Source: Fibrobacteria bacterium (GTDB taxonomy: Bacteria > Fibrobacterota > Fibrobacteria > UBA11236). From it: DNA of 64,000 nucleotides. The notes under the pieces are model-generated. The model was not told the DNA's origin. It saw only the letters and a program-made list of their open reading frames with translations, and ran no database searches. Positions 39,249 to 49,529 of this stretch are shown here, in pieces; the stretch's first letter is position 1, and each line of letters opens with the position of its first letter. A program made the translations under genes and the position numbers. The stretch lies in assembly GCA_043745805.1 (NCBI GenBank), contig JAYTSD010000017.1, forward strand, positions 191,345-255,344. The letters are read 5' to 3'.

Positions 39249-40405
39249 AAATGATTTTTTTCATTCTACTTAAAGAACTGCAACAATTGCGCCGTGACAA
39301 AGGCAGCTTACGTTTGATGATTATTATTCCCATGGTACAGCTTTTTGTATTGGGCAATGCCATTACTACTGAAGTTAAACATACCCCTATTGCTTTACTC
39401 GATTATAGCCAAAGCTCGGCGAGTCGCGATCTCACTACCCATATTTTGGCTAACTCCTTATTTACTTTTAAAGGCTATGCGCATTCGGAATCGGAATTAC
39501 GGGCATGGATGGATGCGGGTAAAATTAAAATTGGTTTACTTATTGGCGCAAATTTTGCGACTGAGTTAGAACAAAGTACGCGTTTGAATTCGATCGGATT
39601 ACAAAAATCATCTGGAGCGCTACTACAAATTATAGTGGATGGCCAAGATGCCAATTCATCAACTGTGGCTAATGGTTATTTAAATGCCATCCTTATTCAA
39701 TGGTCCAATGATTATTTACAATACAAGCTTGCTGCCTCGGGCATACGTTTAAGGCAAATTTTACCCCTCAATATTGAATCCAAAATTTTATTTAATCCCA
39801 CGCTTAAATCTACTTGGTTTATGATTCCCGGCATTGCCGTGATTTTGGTGACTATGGTAACCGCTTTGTTAACTGGATTTTCCATTGTAAAAGAAAAAGA
39901 AGTCGGCACTTTAGAGCAACTCATGGTAACCCCTTTAAAACCATATCAACTTGTGCTCGGAAAGGTTTTGCCATTTTTTATTATCGGTGTAATAGAATTG
40001 CTAATTGTGCTTTGTTTGGGCTTAACTTTTTTTCATATCCCTTTTCGCGGTAGTTATTTCACTTTATTTTTATTTACCTCTATATACATGCTTTCCTCCT
40101 TAGGCATCGGCATATTCACCTCTACCCTTGTAAAAAGCCAGCAACAAGCCTTATTCGTAATTTGGTTTTTTCTGATTTTTTTCCTTTTGCTGAGCGGATT
40201 TTTCTTGCCGATAGAAAACATGCCCCATTGGGTGCAAAACATAACGTATCTCAATCCGGTGCGTTATTTTATGGAAGCTCTGCGTTGTATGTTTCTCAAG
40301 GGCTCTGGGCTTGCTGAATTATGGCCGCAAGCCTTGGCCTTACTCGCTATTGGGGGAAGTTTATTTGGTTTTGCCATACTTAGATTCAATCGCCAAACCG
40401 ATTGA
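39245..40405 (+). CDS. ABC-2 type permease (YbhR-like)
   Basis: KELQQLRRD, KEKEVGTLEQLMVTP, LSGFFLPIENMP. Confidence 0.88.
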   Translation: MKMIFFILLKELQQLRRDKGSLRLMIIIPMVQLFVLGNAITTEVKHTPIALLDYSQSSASRDLTTHILANSLFTFKGYAHSESELRAWMDAGKIKIGLLIGANFATELEQSTRLNSIGLQKSSGALLQIIVDGQDANSSTVANGYLNAILIQWSNDYLQYKLAASGIRLRQILPLNIESKILFNPTLKSTWFMIPGIAVILVTMVTALLTGFSIVKEKEVGTLEQLMVTPLKPYQLVLGKVLPFFIIGVIELLIVLCLGLTFFHIPFRGSYFTLFLFTSIYMLSSLGIGIFTSTLVKSQQQALFVIWFFLIFFLLLSGFFLPIENMPHWVQNITYLNPVRYFMEALRCMFLKGSGLAELWPQALALLAIGGSLFGFAILRFNRQTD

Positions 40406-40422
40406 AAAAGTATTAAAAAAAG

Positions 40423-41337
40423 TCAACAATTTTGTCGCCATATTTTTTTCAAAAAAGCTTCACCATAGAGCATCAAAAATATCCCGAAAAGAATAAACGG
40501 TAACCCCCAGAATAAAAGAGGTACTTGCTTTTCACTCCCTATCAATAAACCTAATAAAACAGCGATTAATGGATTAACTAATGCATAACTGACTACTCGT
40601 ATCGCCGGTTCATTTTGCAACAAAAAAATGTAAGCTGCAAAACCTAAGGAACCAAAGACGGTTAAATAAGCGAGTCCCCAAATAGAAGATACAGTAAAAG
40701 TGCCCATCAACTCAATAATCCTTGGTTGAAATATAAATACAGCAAGCAAACTCACTCCACCTACAAAAATCATTTGTATGCCACTATTGATTAATGTGTC
40801 GGGATAACCCTTTATTTTTTTTCCTAAACTGGTGGCCAAACCCCAACACGCCACTGCAGCCAACACCAACAATGTATGTGGCGTAAAACTAGCCAGCATG
40901 GAATGGCCATCGTATAATATAAAACCAACGCCTATAATTCCAGCGAGAATCCCTACTAATCCAATCCATGAAATATGAATACCTAATAGAAACCGATTAA
41001 ATAATGCTACAAATATGGGTGTCGTCGCTATAATCAATGCCGCGACATAACTGTCTACTTTATGTTCCGCTAGGGTAACTAATCCATTACCCCCTGCCAA
41101 TAATAATATGGCGAGAAAAATCGAACGTAAAAACTCTCTGCGTGTTGGCCATCGCGTAAACCTTTGGCGTATGGCTGCGAATATTAAAAGTAGAAGTCCT
41201 CCAAAGAAAAACCGAAATCCCACTACAAAAAAAGATGGCATACTTTGTATCGCTAATTTTATGGCAAAATAGGTTGAGCCCCAAACCAAATAAATGACAA
41301 GATAATTTAAAACAATTACCCAAGTTTTTGTTTTCAT
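40423..41337 (-). CDS. EamA/DMT family transporter (YedA-like)
   Basis: YLVWGSTY, about 10 TM helices, YALVNPLIAVLLG. Confidence 0.88.
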   Translation of the reverse strand: MKTKTWVIVLNYLVIYLVWGSTYFAIKLAIQSMPSFFVVGFRFFFGGLLLLIFAAIRQRFTRWPTRREFLRSIFLAILLLAGGNGLVTLAEHKVDSYVAALIIATTPIFVALFNRFLLGIHISWIGLVGILAGIIGVGFILYDGHSMLASFTPHTLLVLAAVACWGLATSLGKKIKGYPDTLINSGIQMIFVGGVSLLAVFIFQPRIIELMGTFTVSSIWGLAYLTVFGSLGFAAYIFLLQNEPAIRVVSYALVNPLIAVLLGLLIGSEKQVPLLFWGLPFILFGIFLMLYGEAFLKKIWRQNC

Positions 41338-42494
41338 GGTCTATCATCGCGACGAGGGTAACTTTGCTGTATAGTCCTTTTCCAAAAGCCCCAAGCTTTA
41401 GCCTTTTCCGATGCTTGACCCAATGTTAATTCAGAACTATCGCGAATCAAGTTTTCCCAATCTTGCATATACTGCATAGCCGAACTGTCTTGCCAAGGAG
41501 ACGATTCCATAAAATGTCCATACTCTTTTTGCACATTAATTAATATGCCATAATTTTTTTGACTAGCCAAGGTATCTTCAAAGGTACGGTAAAAAAGGGT
41601 TAAAAATTCGGAAGCTTTTAGTTGAAACATAAAACCTAAAGATCGCTGTTCATAATTACTGGGGAATAATCCCACATGGGAATTGTATCCTATGCGTAAA
41701 TTATATCCTAATTGAAATAAATTCATGGCGGCGGCTTTTCCACGCACACGAATATCATAAGGGTGTTCGGGCAATGGATCTAAAAAAACTTGATACAAAA
41801 TATTCACCATATTTTCGAAAGGAGGCATAGGAATTTTTCGATATACTTCGATCAATTCATTAACATTATAGGGATTCAAATTTTGGGAATAAGAAAAAAG
41901 TCCCACTAAAATTTCTTCTATGCGCGCATAATAAAAAGTTCCGCTAAAATTTTTATCGCTTTTGTTTAACGTTGTATTTGGCTCGCTTTGAAAAAGTGCT
42001 CGCGCCAATTCAGCCTTATCTTGTTTTAAAAAGATATAGGCCTGCAAAACTTTCAATACGGCATTTTGCGAATCAATTTGCAAAGCCTTTTCCAAAGCTT
42101 GTTCGGCAAGGGCATACTGGATTTTAGGAAGACTGTCCATTTCCTGTGCGGATAAAACACCATTATTAATGGTATCTCCTAATTCTAAATAAGCTAGGCA
42201 TAAAAAATAAGGTATCAAGGATTCATGACGATTTAAACTTTCTGCTTTTTGTAAATAAGCAATTCTTTGTTCCTGCGAACTATCAGTTAAACCTTGCACA
42301 AGTAGTATACGCCAATCATGCGGATACCATTCCTCAATATGTTGTATGGCCGATGAAGGATTCCAAGTTTTTAATGAGGCATCACGTTGCGAAGGCGGAA
42401 GTTTACCTTCGGATACGGACAATCTATCGGAGCATCCCATTAAATAGCTGCACCCTAAAAATATTCCCAAAACCAAAAAATATTTTTGGGCCAT
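41334..42494 (-). CDS. Hypothetical TPR-like lipoprotein
   Basis: LMG-C lipobox after ATG 42494; TPR-like 'ALEKALQIDSQNA'. Confidence 0.6.
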   Translation of the reverse strand: MAQKYFLVLGIFLGCSYLMGCSDRLSVSEGKLPPSQRDASLKTWNPSSAIQHIEEWYPHDWRILLVQGLTDSSQEQRIAYLQKAESLNRHESLIPYFLCLAYLELGDTINNGVLSAQEMDSLPKIQYALAEQALEKALQIDSQNAVLKVLQAYIFLKQDKAELARALFQSEPNTTLNKSDKNFSGTFYYARIEEILVGLFSYSQNLNPYNVNELIEVYRKIPMPPFENMVNILYQVFLDPLPEHPYDIRVRGKAAAMNLFQLGYNLRIGYNSHVGLFPSNYEQRSLGFMFQLKASEFLTLFYRTFEDTLASQKNYGILINVQKEYGHFMESSPWQDSSAMQYMQDWENLIRDSSELTLGQASEKAKAWGFWKRTIQQSYPRRDDRP

Positions 42495-42596
42495 GATTAA
42501 GGGCGTTGCTTTGTATTTATTGCTTTTTCTTGCTTTAACTTGCATAAACTAATCGAATTATAGGATAAATTGTCATAGTATTGTTAAAATTAAAAT

Positions 42597-43556
42597 ATGC
42601 AAAGAATAGCAAGAGGAATTGGATACTCCACCACATTCATTATCATGATGTTGGTTTTGTGGTTATTATGGACTATAAATCAAGATCGAGTATTGGGACC
42701 TTATAAAATACAAGTTGCATTTCCTAATGTCGGCACATTAATGGAAGACGATCCCGTAAAAATCCAAGGCGTTACCGTGGGCAAGGTGATCGACATCGAA
42801 CGTCGCAATGAAGCCGCTTTGGTGACTTTGGAAATATTTAAACGCAAAGCTATTTCTAGACATTCGCATTTTATCAATTACAATTACAGCTTATTTGGAT
42901 CGCGAATGATTTTACTAATTCCCAGTGATGAAGAGGTCGCTCTTAATCCCCAGGAAATTCAAGAAGGTTATTTTTTAGATGGCGTAAGCGAAAGCATTCA
43001 TAGAATGGGCGAGTTATTGAGCTTCGTTATGCAAGTTCAATCAAAAGTTCAATTTTTGCATCAAGGATCGTCCTCCGATTCGTCCTCGCAATCCTTACAA
43101 GCATTATTTACTAATAAACTTTATCCGCTCGCACATGCCTATGCTCAGCTTAGTCAAGATTTTACGGCCTTTGAAAAAGCAACTGAGCAACAAAGCCAAA
43201 GCCTGCAACAAGAAATGGCTAGCGCACAAAAAATGACCAAACATTGGCGGCAGCATAGCGATTCATTATTACAAGTTGGCCAAGCAGCCATAGATAAAAT
43301 CAATCAATTTACCGATCAAAATGCCAAATTTTTACAAAATATTGATCGCTTGACCCAAGCCATTGCCGATACGTCAGCCGGCCTTCCCAAGGCACTATTA
43401 CAAAGGGAACTTTATGATCAGCTATTGGCTTTCGATCATGATTTGCAAGGTTTATTAAAAATTTTACGGCATGAAGGTTTACAGGAAGCCATACATTTTT
43501 GGCGGAATATTCATATCCTAGGCAATAATCCCACGCATACACAGCATGTTAAATAA
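42597..43556 (+). CDS. MlaD/MCE family protein
   Basis: TM anchor, then 'FPNVGTL...VKIQGVTVGKV', followed by a helical tail. Confidence 0.8.
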   Translation: MQRIARGIGYSTTFIIMMLVLWLLWTINQDRVLGPYKIQVAFPNVGTLMEDDPVKIQGVTVGKVIDIERRNEAALVTLEIFKRKAISRHSHFINYNYSLFGSRMILLIPSDEEVALNPQEIQEGYFLDGVSESIHRMGELLSFVMQVQSKVQFLHQGSSSDSSSQSLQALFTNKLYPLAHAYAQLSQDFTAFEKATEQQSQSLQQEMASAQKMTKHWRQHSDSLLQVGQAAIDKINQFTDQNAKFLQNIDRLTQAIADTSAGLPKALLQRELYDQLLAFDHDLQGLLKILRHEGLQEAIHFWRNIHILGNNPTHTQHVK

Positions 43557-43652
43557 AAAGCAAAAAGCCTTGGAAGCCTTGTATTATATACGCTTGCTGC
43601 CATTTATAAACTATATTGCGAACATAAAATTACTTTTGGGGAACAGGAAATT

Positions 43653-44063
43653 ATGAAGTTTTTTTTGCTGCTTATAGCGACCATTGGAGTTTTGTTTGCA
43701 TCCGATTCGGTTTTAGGAACGATCAAAAACGTGCAATGCGTAAATTGTACGCCAGGTTTTATCAATTTAGCGGTACATGATGAGATTGAAAATAAGGATT
43801 ACAGTATTTATTTAACCGAAAGTACTTATAATAAAATTTTAACACCTTTAGCCGATAAAGTGATTTATACTAAAGATCAAATTTGTTTTTATTGGTTGGA
43901 AACGCCAAAGGTTTTAACGAAAACTAAAGAAAATGCAGCCTCAAGTAAAAAAAGGAAAACGCCTGAATCCAAGGCTCCGGTTATCAATGAACCTGCAACT
44001 GAACCACCCACTGAATCGGCATGCATCCCTTATGTGCTTAGTCCCGAAACTAAATCCAATTAA
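43653..44063 (+). CDS. Small exported hypothetical protein (CxxC, 4 Cys)
   Basis: Signal peptide, AGGA RBS, CVNC. Confidence 0.6.
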   Translation: MKFFLLLIATIGVLFASDSVLGTIKNVQCVNCTPGFINLAVHDEIENKDYSIYLTESTYNKILTPLADKVIYTKDQICFYWLETPKVLTKTKENAASSKKRKTPESKAPVINEPATEPPTESACIPYVLSPETKSN

Positions 44064-44104
44064 AACTCTTCATGGCATTTTTTTTGTTACCGAGGATTTA
44101 ATCG

Positions 44105-44545
44105 ATGGCTGAGCCAATTGAAACCATATCCTATGTCGCTCGGCGTTTTATTCAATTCGAGAAAAAATTTGCCGAGGCCACTGAAGAAAGACGTAAATAC
44201 AACTCACAACTACTTCGTCGTATTTCCCGAAACCTAGTGAATCTTGAACAATCGCTTTATCGCAATGAACTTGCTTTAGAAGCCTGTCGTGAATTAGCTG
44301 CTGGGGCCGTACAATTAAGTCATTCTACTTCGGAAGAAATTGGAGAAGTGGAAGCGGAAAAACTTACTTCCGCTTTAGAAGCAGCCTGCGATGCCGAAAA
44401 ATTAATGCTTCAATATCGCCATTCTTCTCAACATGATTTTTTATCTTCCGAACTGGTAAAGGCAGCGATATTAACCAGAGCACTAGCTGACGGCCTATTC
44501 ATTGAAGAAAATGCTACGGGTGAAATGCCTCGCGTAATCAACTAA
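44105..44545 (+). CDS. Hypothetical helical protein
   Basis: 146-aa ORF with a GAGGA RBS; no family recognised. Confidence 0.6.
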   Translation: MAEPIETISYVARRFIQFEKKFAEATEERRKYNSQLLRRISRNLVNLEQSLYRNELALEACRELAAGAVQLSHSTSEEIGEVEAEKLTSALEAACDAEKLMLQYRHSSQHDFLSSELVKAAILTRALADGLFIEENATGEMPRVIN

Positions 44546-44556
44546 TTACTTAACCG

Positions 44557-46335
44557 CTATAATCGCGCCACCAGTAACTCTTTCTGAAATATCATTTCTT
44601 TAGGAAGATGATCATAAAGTTTCACAAATAATTCATCTTGAGAAATCACTTCTCGCTTCCAGGCCTCTATATCAATAGCCTGTATAGCTTGAAACTCAGC
44701 AAGCCCAAAATCCTTTAATCCTTCGCGATCAAAGTCTTCCACTTTGGGCATCCATCCTAAAGGGGATTCCTGCGCGGCTACTTTGCCTTGGCATCTATCT
44801 ACTATCCATTTTAAAACGCGCATATTTTCGCCAAACCCAGGCCATAACCATTTACCTTGTTCATCCTTACGAAACCAATTCACATGAAAAAACAACGGTG
44901 GCGAAGCAATCAGCTTACGCATTTTAATCCAATGTGCAAAATAGTCGCCCATATTATAACCACAAAAAGGCAGCATAGCCATAGGGTCACGACGTACTAT
45001 ACCTACTTTTCCTGCCGCAGCGGAAGTCGTTTCCGATCCCATGGTCGCGCCTAAAAATACGCCATGTATCCAATTGAAAGCTTGAAAGACCAATGGCACA
45101 TTGGAAGGTCGACGACCACCAAAAATAATGGCGCTTATGGGTACACCTTTTGGATCATTCCAGGCCGCATCTAAAGTAGGACATTGAGAAATTGGCGCCG
45201 TAAAGCGCGCATTTGAATGCGCTGCAAGTCTTCCGCAATCGGGTGTCCAAGCTTGTCCTTGCCAATCGGTTAATTTTGCAGGAGGAGTTTCGGTTAAACC
45301 TTCCCACCATACATCTTGGTCTTCCGTTAATGCCACATTAGTAAATATGGTATTCTTTGACATTGCCGCCATAGCATTAGGATTGGTAATTTCATTTGTA
45401 CCTGGCGCCACACCAAATAAACCTGCTTCCGGATTTATTGCATATAATCGTCCATCGGCACCCGGCTTAAGCCATGCAATATCATCCCCGACTGTCCAAA
45501 TTTTCCAATCAGTAAAACGCGGTGGCGGAATGAGCATGGCAAAATTTGTTTTACCACACTGACTCGGAAAAGCAGCTGCTACATAAGTTTTTTCTCCCTG
45601 CGGAGACTCCACACCTAAAATCAACATATGCTCTGCAAGCCAACCTTCATCACGACCCAAGCTTGAGGCTATACGCAATGCAAAACATTTTTTGCCTAAT
45701 AAAGCGTTTCCCCCATACCCACTTCCAAATGACCAAATGGAATGTTCTTCGGGAAAATGTACAATGTATTTATTTTGGGATTGGCAAGGCCATGGAACAT
45801 CTACGTTACCCGGTAACAAAGGCATACCCACTGAATGTAAGCAAGGTACGAAATCACCATCAGCTAAAATATCGAGCACAGCCGATCCCATGCGTGTCAT
45901 CAATTTCATATTGCAAACCACATATGCCGAATCGGTAATTTGCACGCCAATGCGACCCATATCGGAACCTAAAGGTCCCATGCAAAATGGAATGACATAT
46001 AGCGTCCGACCTTGCATACAACCCGCAAAAAGGCCCTGCAAAATGCTTTTCATTTCCTTTGGATCCTTCCAATTATTTGTAGGCCCGGCATCGTCTTTTC
46101 TTTTGCTACAAATAAAGGTTCTCTCTTCGACGCGTGCCACATCATCGGGAGTGGAACACGCATAATAGCTGCCAGGACGCTTTATAGGATTGAGTTTTTT
46201 AAAGGTACCCTGCAGAATTAACTGCTCGGCTAAAGCATCAAACTCCTCTTGGCTACCGTCGCAGTAATGCACCTTGCTCGGCTTACAGAGGTTGGTTATT
46301 TCTTCAACCCATTTTTTTAATTTTTCATTCGCCAT
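44557..46335 (-). CDS. pckG: Phosphoenolpyruvate carboxykinase (GTP)
   Basis: [46 protein letters not shown]. Confidence 0.96.
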   Translation of the reverse strand: MANEKLKKWVEEITNLCKPSKVHYCDGSQEEFDALAEQLILQGTFKKLNPIKRPGSYYACSTPDDVARVEERTFICSKRKDDAGPTNNWKDPKEMKSILQGLFAGCMQGRTLYVIPFCMGPLGSDMGRIGVQITDSAYVVCNMKLMTRMGSAVLDILADGDFVPCLHSVGMPLLPGNVDVPWPCQSQNKYIVHFPEEHSIWSFGSGYGGNALLGKKCFALRIASSLGRDEGWLAEHMLILGVESPQGEKTYVAAAFPSQCGKTNFAMLIPPPRFTDWKIWTVGDDIAWLKPGADGRLYAINPEAGLFGVAPGTNEITNPNAMAAMSKNTIFTNVALTEDQDVWWEGLTETPPAKLTDWQGQAWTPDCGRLAAHSNARFTAPISQCPTLDAAWNDPKGVPISAIIFGGRRPSNVPLVFQAFNWIHGVFLGATMGSETTSAAAGKVGIVRRDPMAMLPFCGYNMGDYFAHWIKMRKLIASPPLFFHVNWFRKDEQGKWLWPGFGENMRVLKWIVDRCQGKVAAQESPLGWMPKVEDFDREGLKDFGLAEFQAIQAIDIEAWKREVISQDELFVKLYDHLPKEMIFQKELLVARL

Positions 46336-46538
46336 AATTTCTCCTCAATATCCAAGCAAACACTTAAGCACCCATTTCCTGGATACTTATATAAGTGATA
46401 CAAAAACACCCTTTTGTCCTAATATATTTCATAGCAAAAATAATGCCTTCATTTATTACATTCTTCTTACAAGTTAATTACAGAAACCCCAAAATGAGCT
46501 ACTTTTTCAAAGATGATGTTTTCTAGGAGAACAGTAAC

Positions 46539-47027
46539 ATGTCTGATACCTTAACTACCGATTCACTATTTACTGATATTCAAGGTGTACTTGATAAAAG
46601 AGGCGTGTCCGATCCCGCCTTAGAGGCCATACTTGATCTTATTCTTAAAGACTTTGATTGTCCCGTGGGTACAATTCACAGCATTGATCTTTCCACCGGT
46701 CAATTAAAGCTCCGTGCCCAACGTGGAATTCCGCAGATGATTTTGGATAAAGTGAAAATGATTCCCATTGGAAAAGGCATGGCTGGAATTGCTGCGGAAA
46801 GAAAAGAACCGGTACAAGTCTGTAATTTGCAAACCGATGCGAGCGGTGTCGCTAAACCTGCTGCCAAAGAAACCAAAATGGAAGGCTCCATTTCTGTTCC
46901 TTTATTATTAGCAAATACTTTGCATGGCACATTAGGGATTGCCAAACCCATTCCTTATGAATTTTCCTCGGAAGAATCCAAACGTCTTTTACGCATTGGC
47001 CATCTTTTAAGCAAATACCTCGCTTAA
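46539..47027 (+). CDS. Stand-alone GAF domain protein
   Basis: 'IPIGKGMAGIAA...PVQVCNL' and 'ISVPL...GTLGI'. Confidence 0.8.
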   Translation: MSDTLTTDSLFTDIQGVLDKRGVSDPALEAILDLILKDFDCPVGTIHSIDLSTGQLKLRAQRGIPQMILDKVKMIPIGKGMAGIAAERKEPVQVCNLQTDASGVAKPAAKETKMEGSISVPLLLANTLHGTLGIAKPIPYEFSSEESKRLLRIGHLLSKYLA

Positions 47028-47971
47028 ATACTTTTATGTTGCTTCCATTTTTTCTGCAAGCGCAGCAGTTCATATATCGACAAGCCAATGGATGCGCCAA
47101 TTAAGGGTATAAAATAATAGATAGCACGATATGCCAATAATACGCCGATCAACTGTGAAGCCGGAAAATAGGGTTTGAGTATAGCCAAAACGCTCGTTTC
47201 TAAGATCCCAATACCGCCAGGTACATGACTAAGAAAACTTGCTACTTGCGTTAAAATAAATCCACCAATAAAAAAAGTGAAAGGCACAACATGCGGCCTA
47301 GGGAGTAAGCAATAAAGTACCGAACCCGCTAAAGTCCAATCGATTAAACCGAGTGCAAGCTGTTTCCAAGCTAAGGAGCGACTTGGAAGTTTGAACGTCC
47401 ATTTCCAAAGCTTTACCAGGCGACCTTCACGTGAGCAAATGAACAATAAGGCAGCACAGGCTAATAAAAAGAGCATTCCTAAATAGCGTGTCGCTACCAC
47501 ATGATGTTTTAAATTACTCGCTAAATTCGGTTGCAAAGTAAGATAGAAACCGCCTCCCGCAAAAACGCCTATCCAAAAAGCCAAACTAATATACACTACT
47601 ATTTTCGCTATATCCACACCCTTTAAACCACAGGCTTTATAAAGTCGAAAGCGCAAAAGTCCGCCAGTAACCATGGGCGCACCTAAATTATTACTAAAAG
47701 CAAAGCCAATACATCCCACAAAAAATCTTTGCATGAAGGGCAAGGATTGATTTGCATAATTTAAAGCTAAAGCATCGTAACCTGCAAGTGTCGCATAACT
47801 TAAAAAGGTGACAAAAAAAGCCAAGGCAATTTGCCAATGCGGCAAAGTGACCAGATCTGTCAAAATATCATCCCAAGTATAATCGTGAAGTTGCGCGCGC
47901 AAAGTGTTAAAAGCCCAAGCGAATAAAGCCAAGGCCACTAAAGGCAAAATAAAGGAGGCTAGTTTTTTCAT
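47024..47971 (-). CDS. Lysylphosphatidylglycerol synthase TM (MprF flippase-like) domain protein, without a synthase domain
   Basis: 'SYATLAGYD', 'AFSNNLG...GGLLRFRLY', 'SHVPGGIGILE', 'LLAYRAIYY'; 315 aa. Confidence 0.8.
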   Translation of the reverse strand: MKKLASFILPLVALALFAWAFNTLRAQLHDYTWDDILTDLVTLPHWQIALAFFVTFLSYATLAGYDALALNYANQSLPFMQRFFVGCIGFAFSNNLGAPMVTGGLLRFRLYKACGLKGVDIAKIVVYISLAFWIGVFAGGGFYLTLQPNLASNLKHHVVATRYLGMLFLLACAALLFICSREGRLVKLWKWTFKLPSRSLAWKQLALGLIDWTLAGSVLYCLLPRPHVVPFTFFIGGFILTQVASFLSHVPGGIGILETSVLAILKPYFPASQLIGVLLAYRAIYYFIPLIGASIGLSIYELLRLQKKWKQHKSI

Positions 47972-49425
47972 GAAAGTGGTATTAAAGGATTATCGGTTTC
48001 CACCGTTAAATTTTTCGTTTGTAATTCGGCGGCTTGCATATTACGGACTGCTTTATCGATAGGTAAAACAGGAGTGATTTCTTTATCGGTTCCAATTTGC
48101 AAATCTTGAAATTTTCGCGCGGTAACTAAAACTCGACTTTCTAAAGAACCCACGGCATCATTATAACTCGATACGGCTTTACCTAAACGGTCGCCCACGT
48201 CGGCAAAACTTTGACTCATGGTCGCAATACGTTTGTACATTTCTTTTCCTAATTCACTAATTTGCTGCGCATTCACCGCTAAACTTTCTTGCCGCCATCC
48301 AAAGGCTACCGCTTTCAGCAGAGCAATTAAAGTAGTGGGTGTAGCTAACAATACACTTTGATCCACCGATGTTTCAATCAAACTCGGATCATGTTCTAAA
48401 GCAGCCCCAAAAAATGTTTCGCCAGGCAAAAACAACACCACAAATTCAGGTGCAGGTTGAAACTGATCCCAATAGGATTTTTTACTGAGTTGGGTTACAT
48501 GATCGCGCACTTGGCGCGCATGATCCATAAATTTTAATTTACGCGTTTCGGCATCCGGTGCTGCAATTGCCTCTAAATAAGCGGCCAAAGGGGCTTTAGC
48601 ATCCACAACAATATTTTTACCACCGGGTAAACGCACAATTAAATCGGGACGCAAACGGCCACCGTCAACCGTCACACTTTGTTGCTCCTGAAAATCACAA
48701 TGATTGAGCATGCCCGCCATTTCCACGACGCGGCGTAATTGAATTTCCCCCCAGCGCCCTCGCACTTGCGGGGTTCCCAAAGCCTTCACTAAATTGGAAG
48801 TTTCCGTACGTAATTGCACTTGGGTTTCCAAGAGTCCTCGCACTTGTTGTTGTAAACCTTCATAAGCGCCTACACGCGCTTTTTCCAAATCTTGGATTTT
48901 ACCATCGAATTTTTCCAAAGACTCGCGCACCGGCTTTACCAATTGATCAATGGCGATTTGGCGTTTCTCTAAATCACCTTTGGCGCTTTCTTGAAATTTT
49001 TCCAAAGTACTTTTCGCTAATTCTAAAAAACTTTGATTATTACTTTTTAGGGCTTCCCCGCTTAAAGCTTTAAAGGCATCACCCAGTTTAAGTTGCGCAT
49101 CTTGCAATAAGGATAGTTTTTCATCCGAGGCTTTGCGTTCTTGTAATAATGTCTCTTCCGTTTTAGCGCGTAAGGTTTGTAACTGTTGTAAGTCGCTTTG
49201 AATACCTTGCAAGCTCTGATCTTTAACACTTAATTCATTTTGTATTTCACCTAAGCGCTCTTCTCGAGAAATTAAACGCTCGCGCAAAGTAGCCATTTGC
49301 GTTTCGGCTTCGCTTTTAGCTAAGAGGGTGGCTTGCTCGATTTTGGCTTTTAAAAAGCGCAACATTAAAAAAAGACCTAGTGCTAATCCCAAAACAAAAG
49401 CGAGGATTATCCAAAGACTTTGCAT
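47968..49425 (-). CDS. rmuC: DNA recombination protein RmuC
   Basis: TM helix and coiled coil, RGRWGE, RPD..V.LP, VVDAKAP, TPTTL. Confidence 0.93.
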   Translation of the reverse strand: MQSLWIILAFVLGLALGLFLMLRFLKAKIEQATLLAKSEAETQMATLRERLISREERLGEIQNELSVKDQSLQGIQSDLQQLQTLRAKTEETLLQERKASDEKLSLLQDAQLKLGDAFKALSGEALKSNNQSFLELAKSTLEKFQESAKGDLEKRQIAIDQLVKPVRESLEKFDGKIQDLEKARVGAYEGLQQQVRGLLETQVQLRTETSNLVKALGTPQVRGRWGEIQLRRVVEMAGMLNHCDFQEQQSVTVDGGRLRPDLIVRLPGGKNIVVDAKAPLAAYLEAIAAPDAETRKLKFMDHARQVRDHVTQLSKKSYWDQFQPAPEFVVLFLPGETFFGAALEHDPSLIETSVDQSVLLATPTTLIALLKAVAFGWRQESLAVNAQQISELGKEMYKRIATMSQSFADVGDRLGKAVSSYNDAVGSLESRVLVTARKFQDLQIGTDKEITPVLPIDKAVRNMQAAELQTKNLTVETDNPLIPLS

Positions 49426-49529
49426 GCGTTTAAAATCCCTTTACCAAATAACATCGGTATGAACCGATGTAAAAATTCACTCGGCCAACCCATAAGGATA
49501 CTTTAGCCAAGCACGGTAAAGGTAATTAC

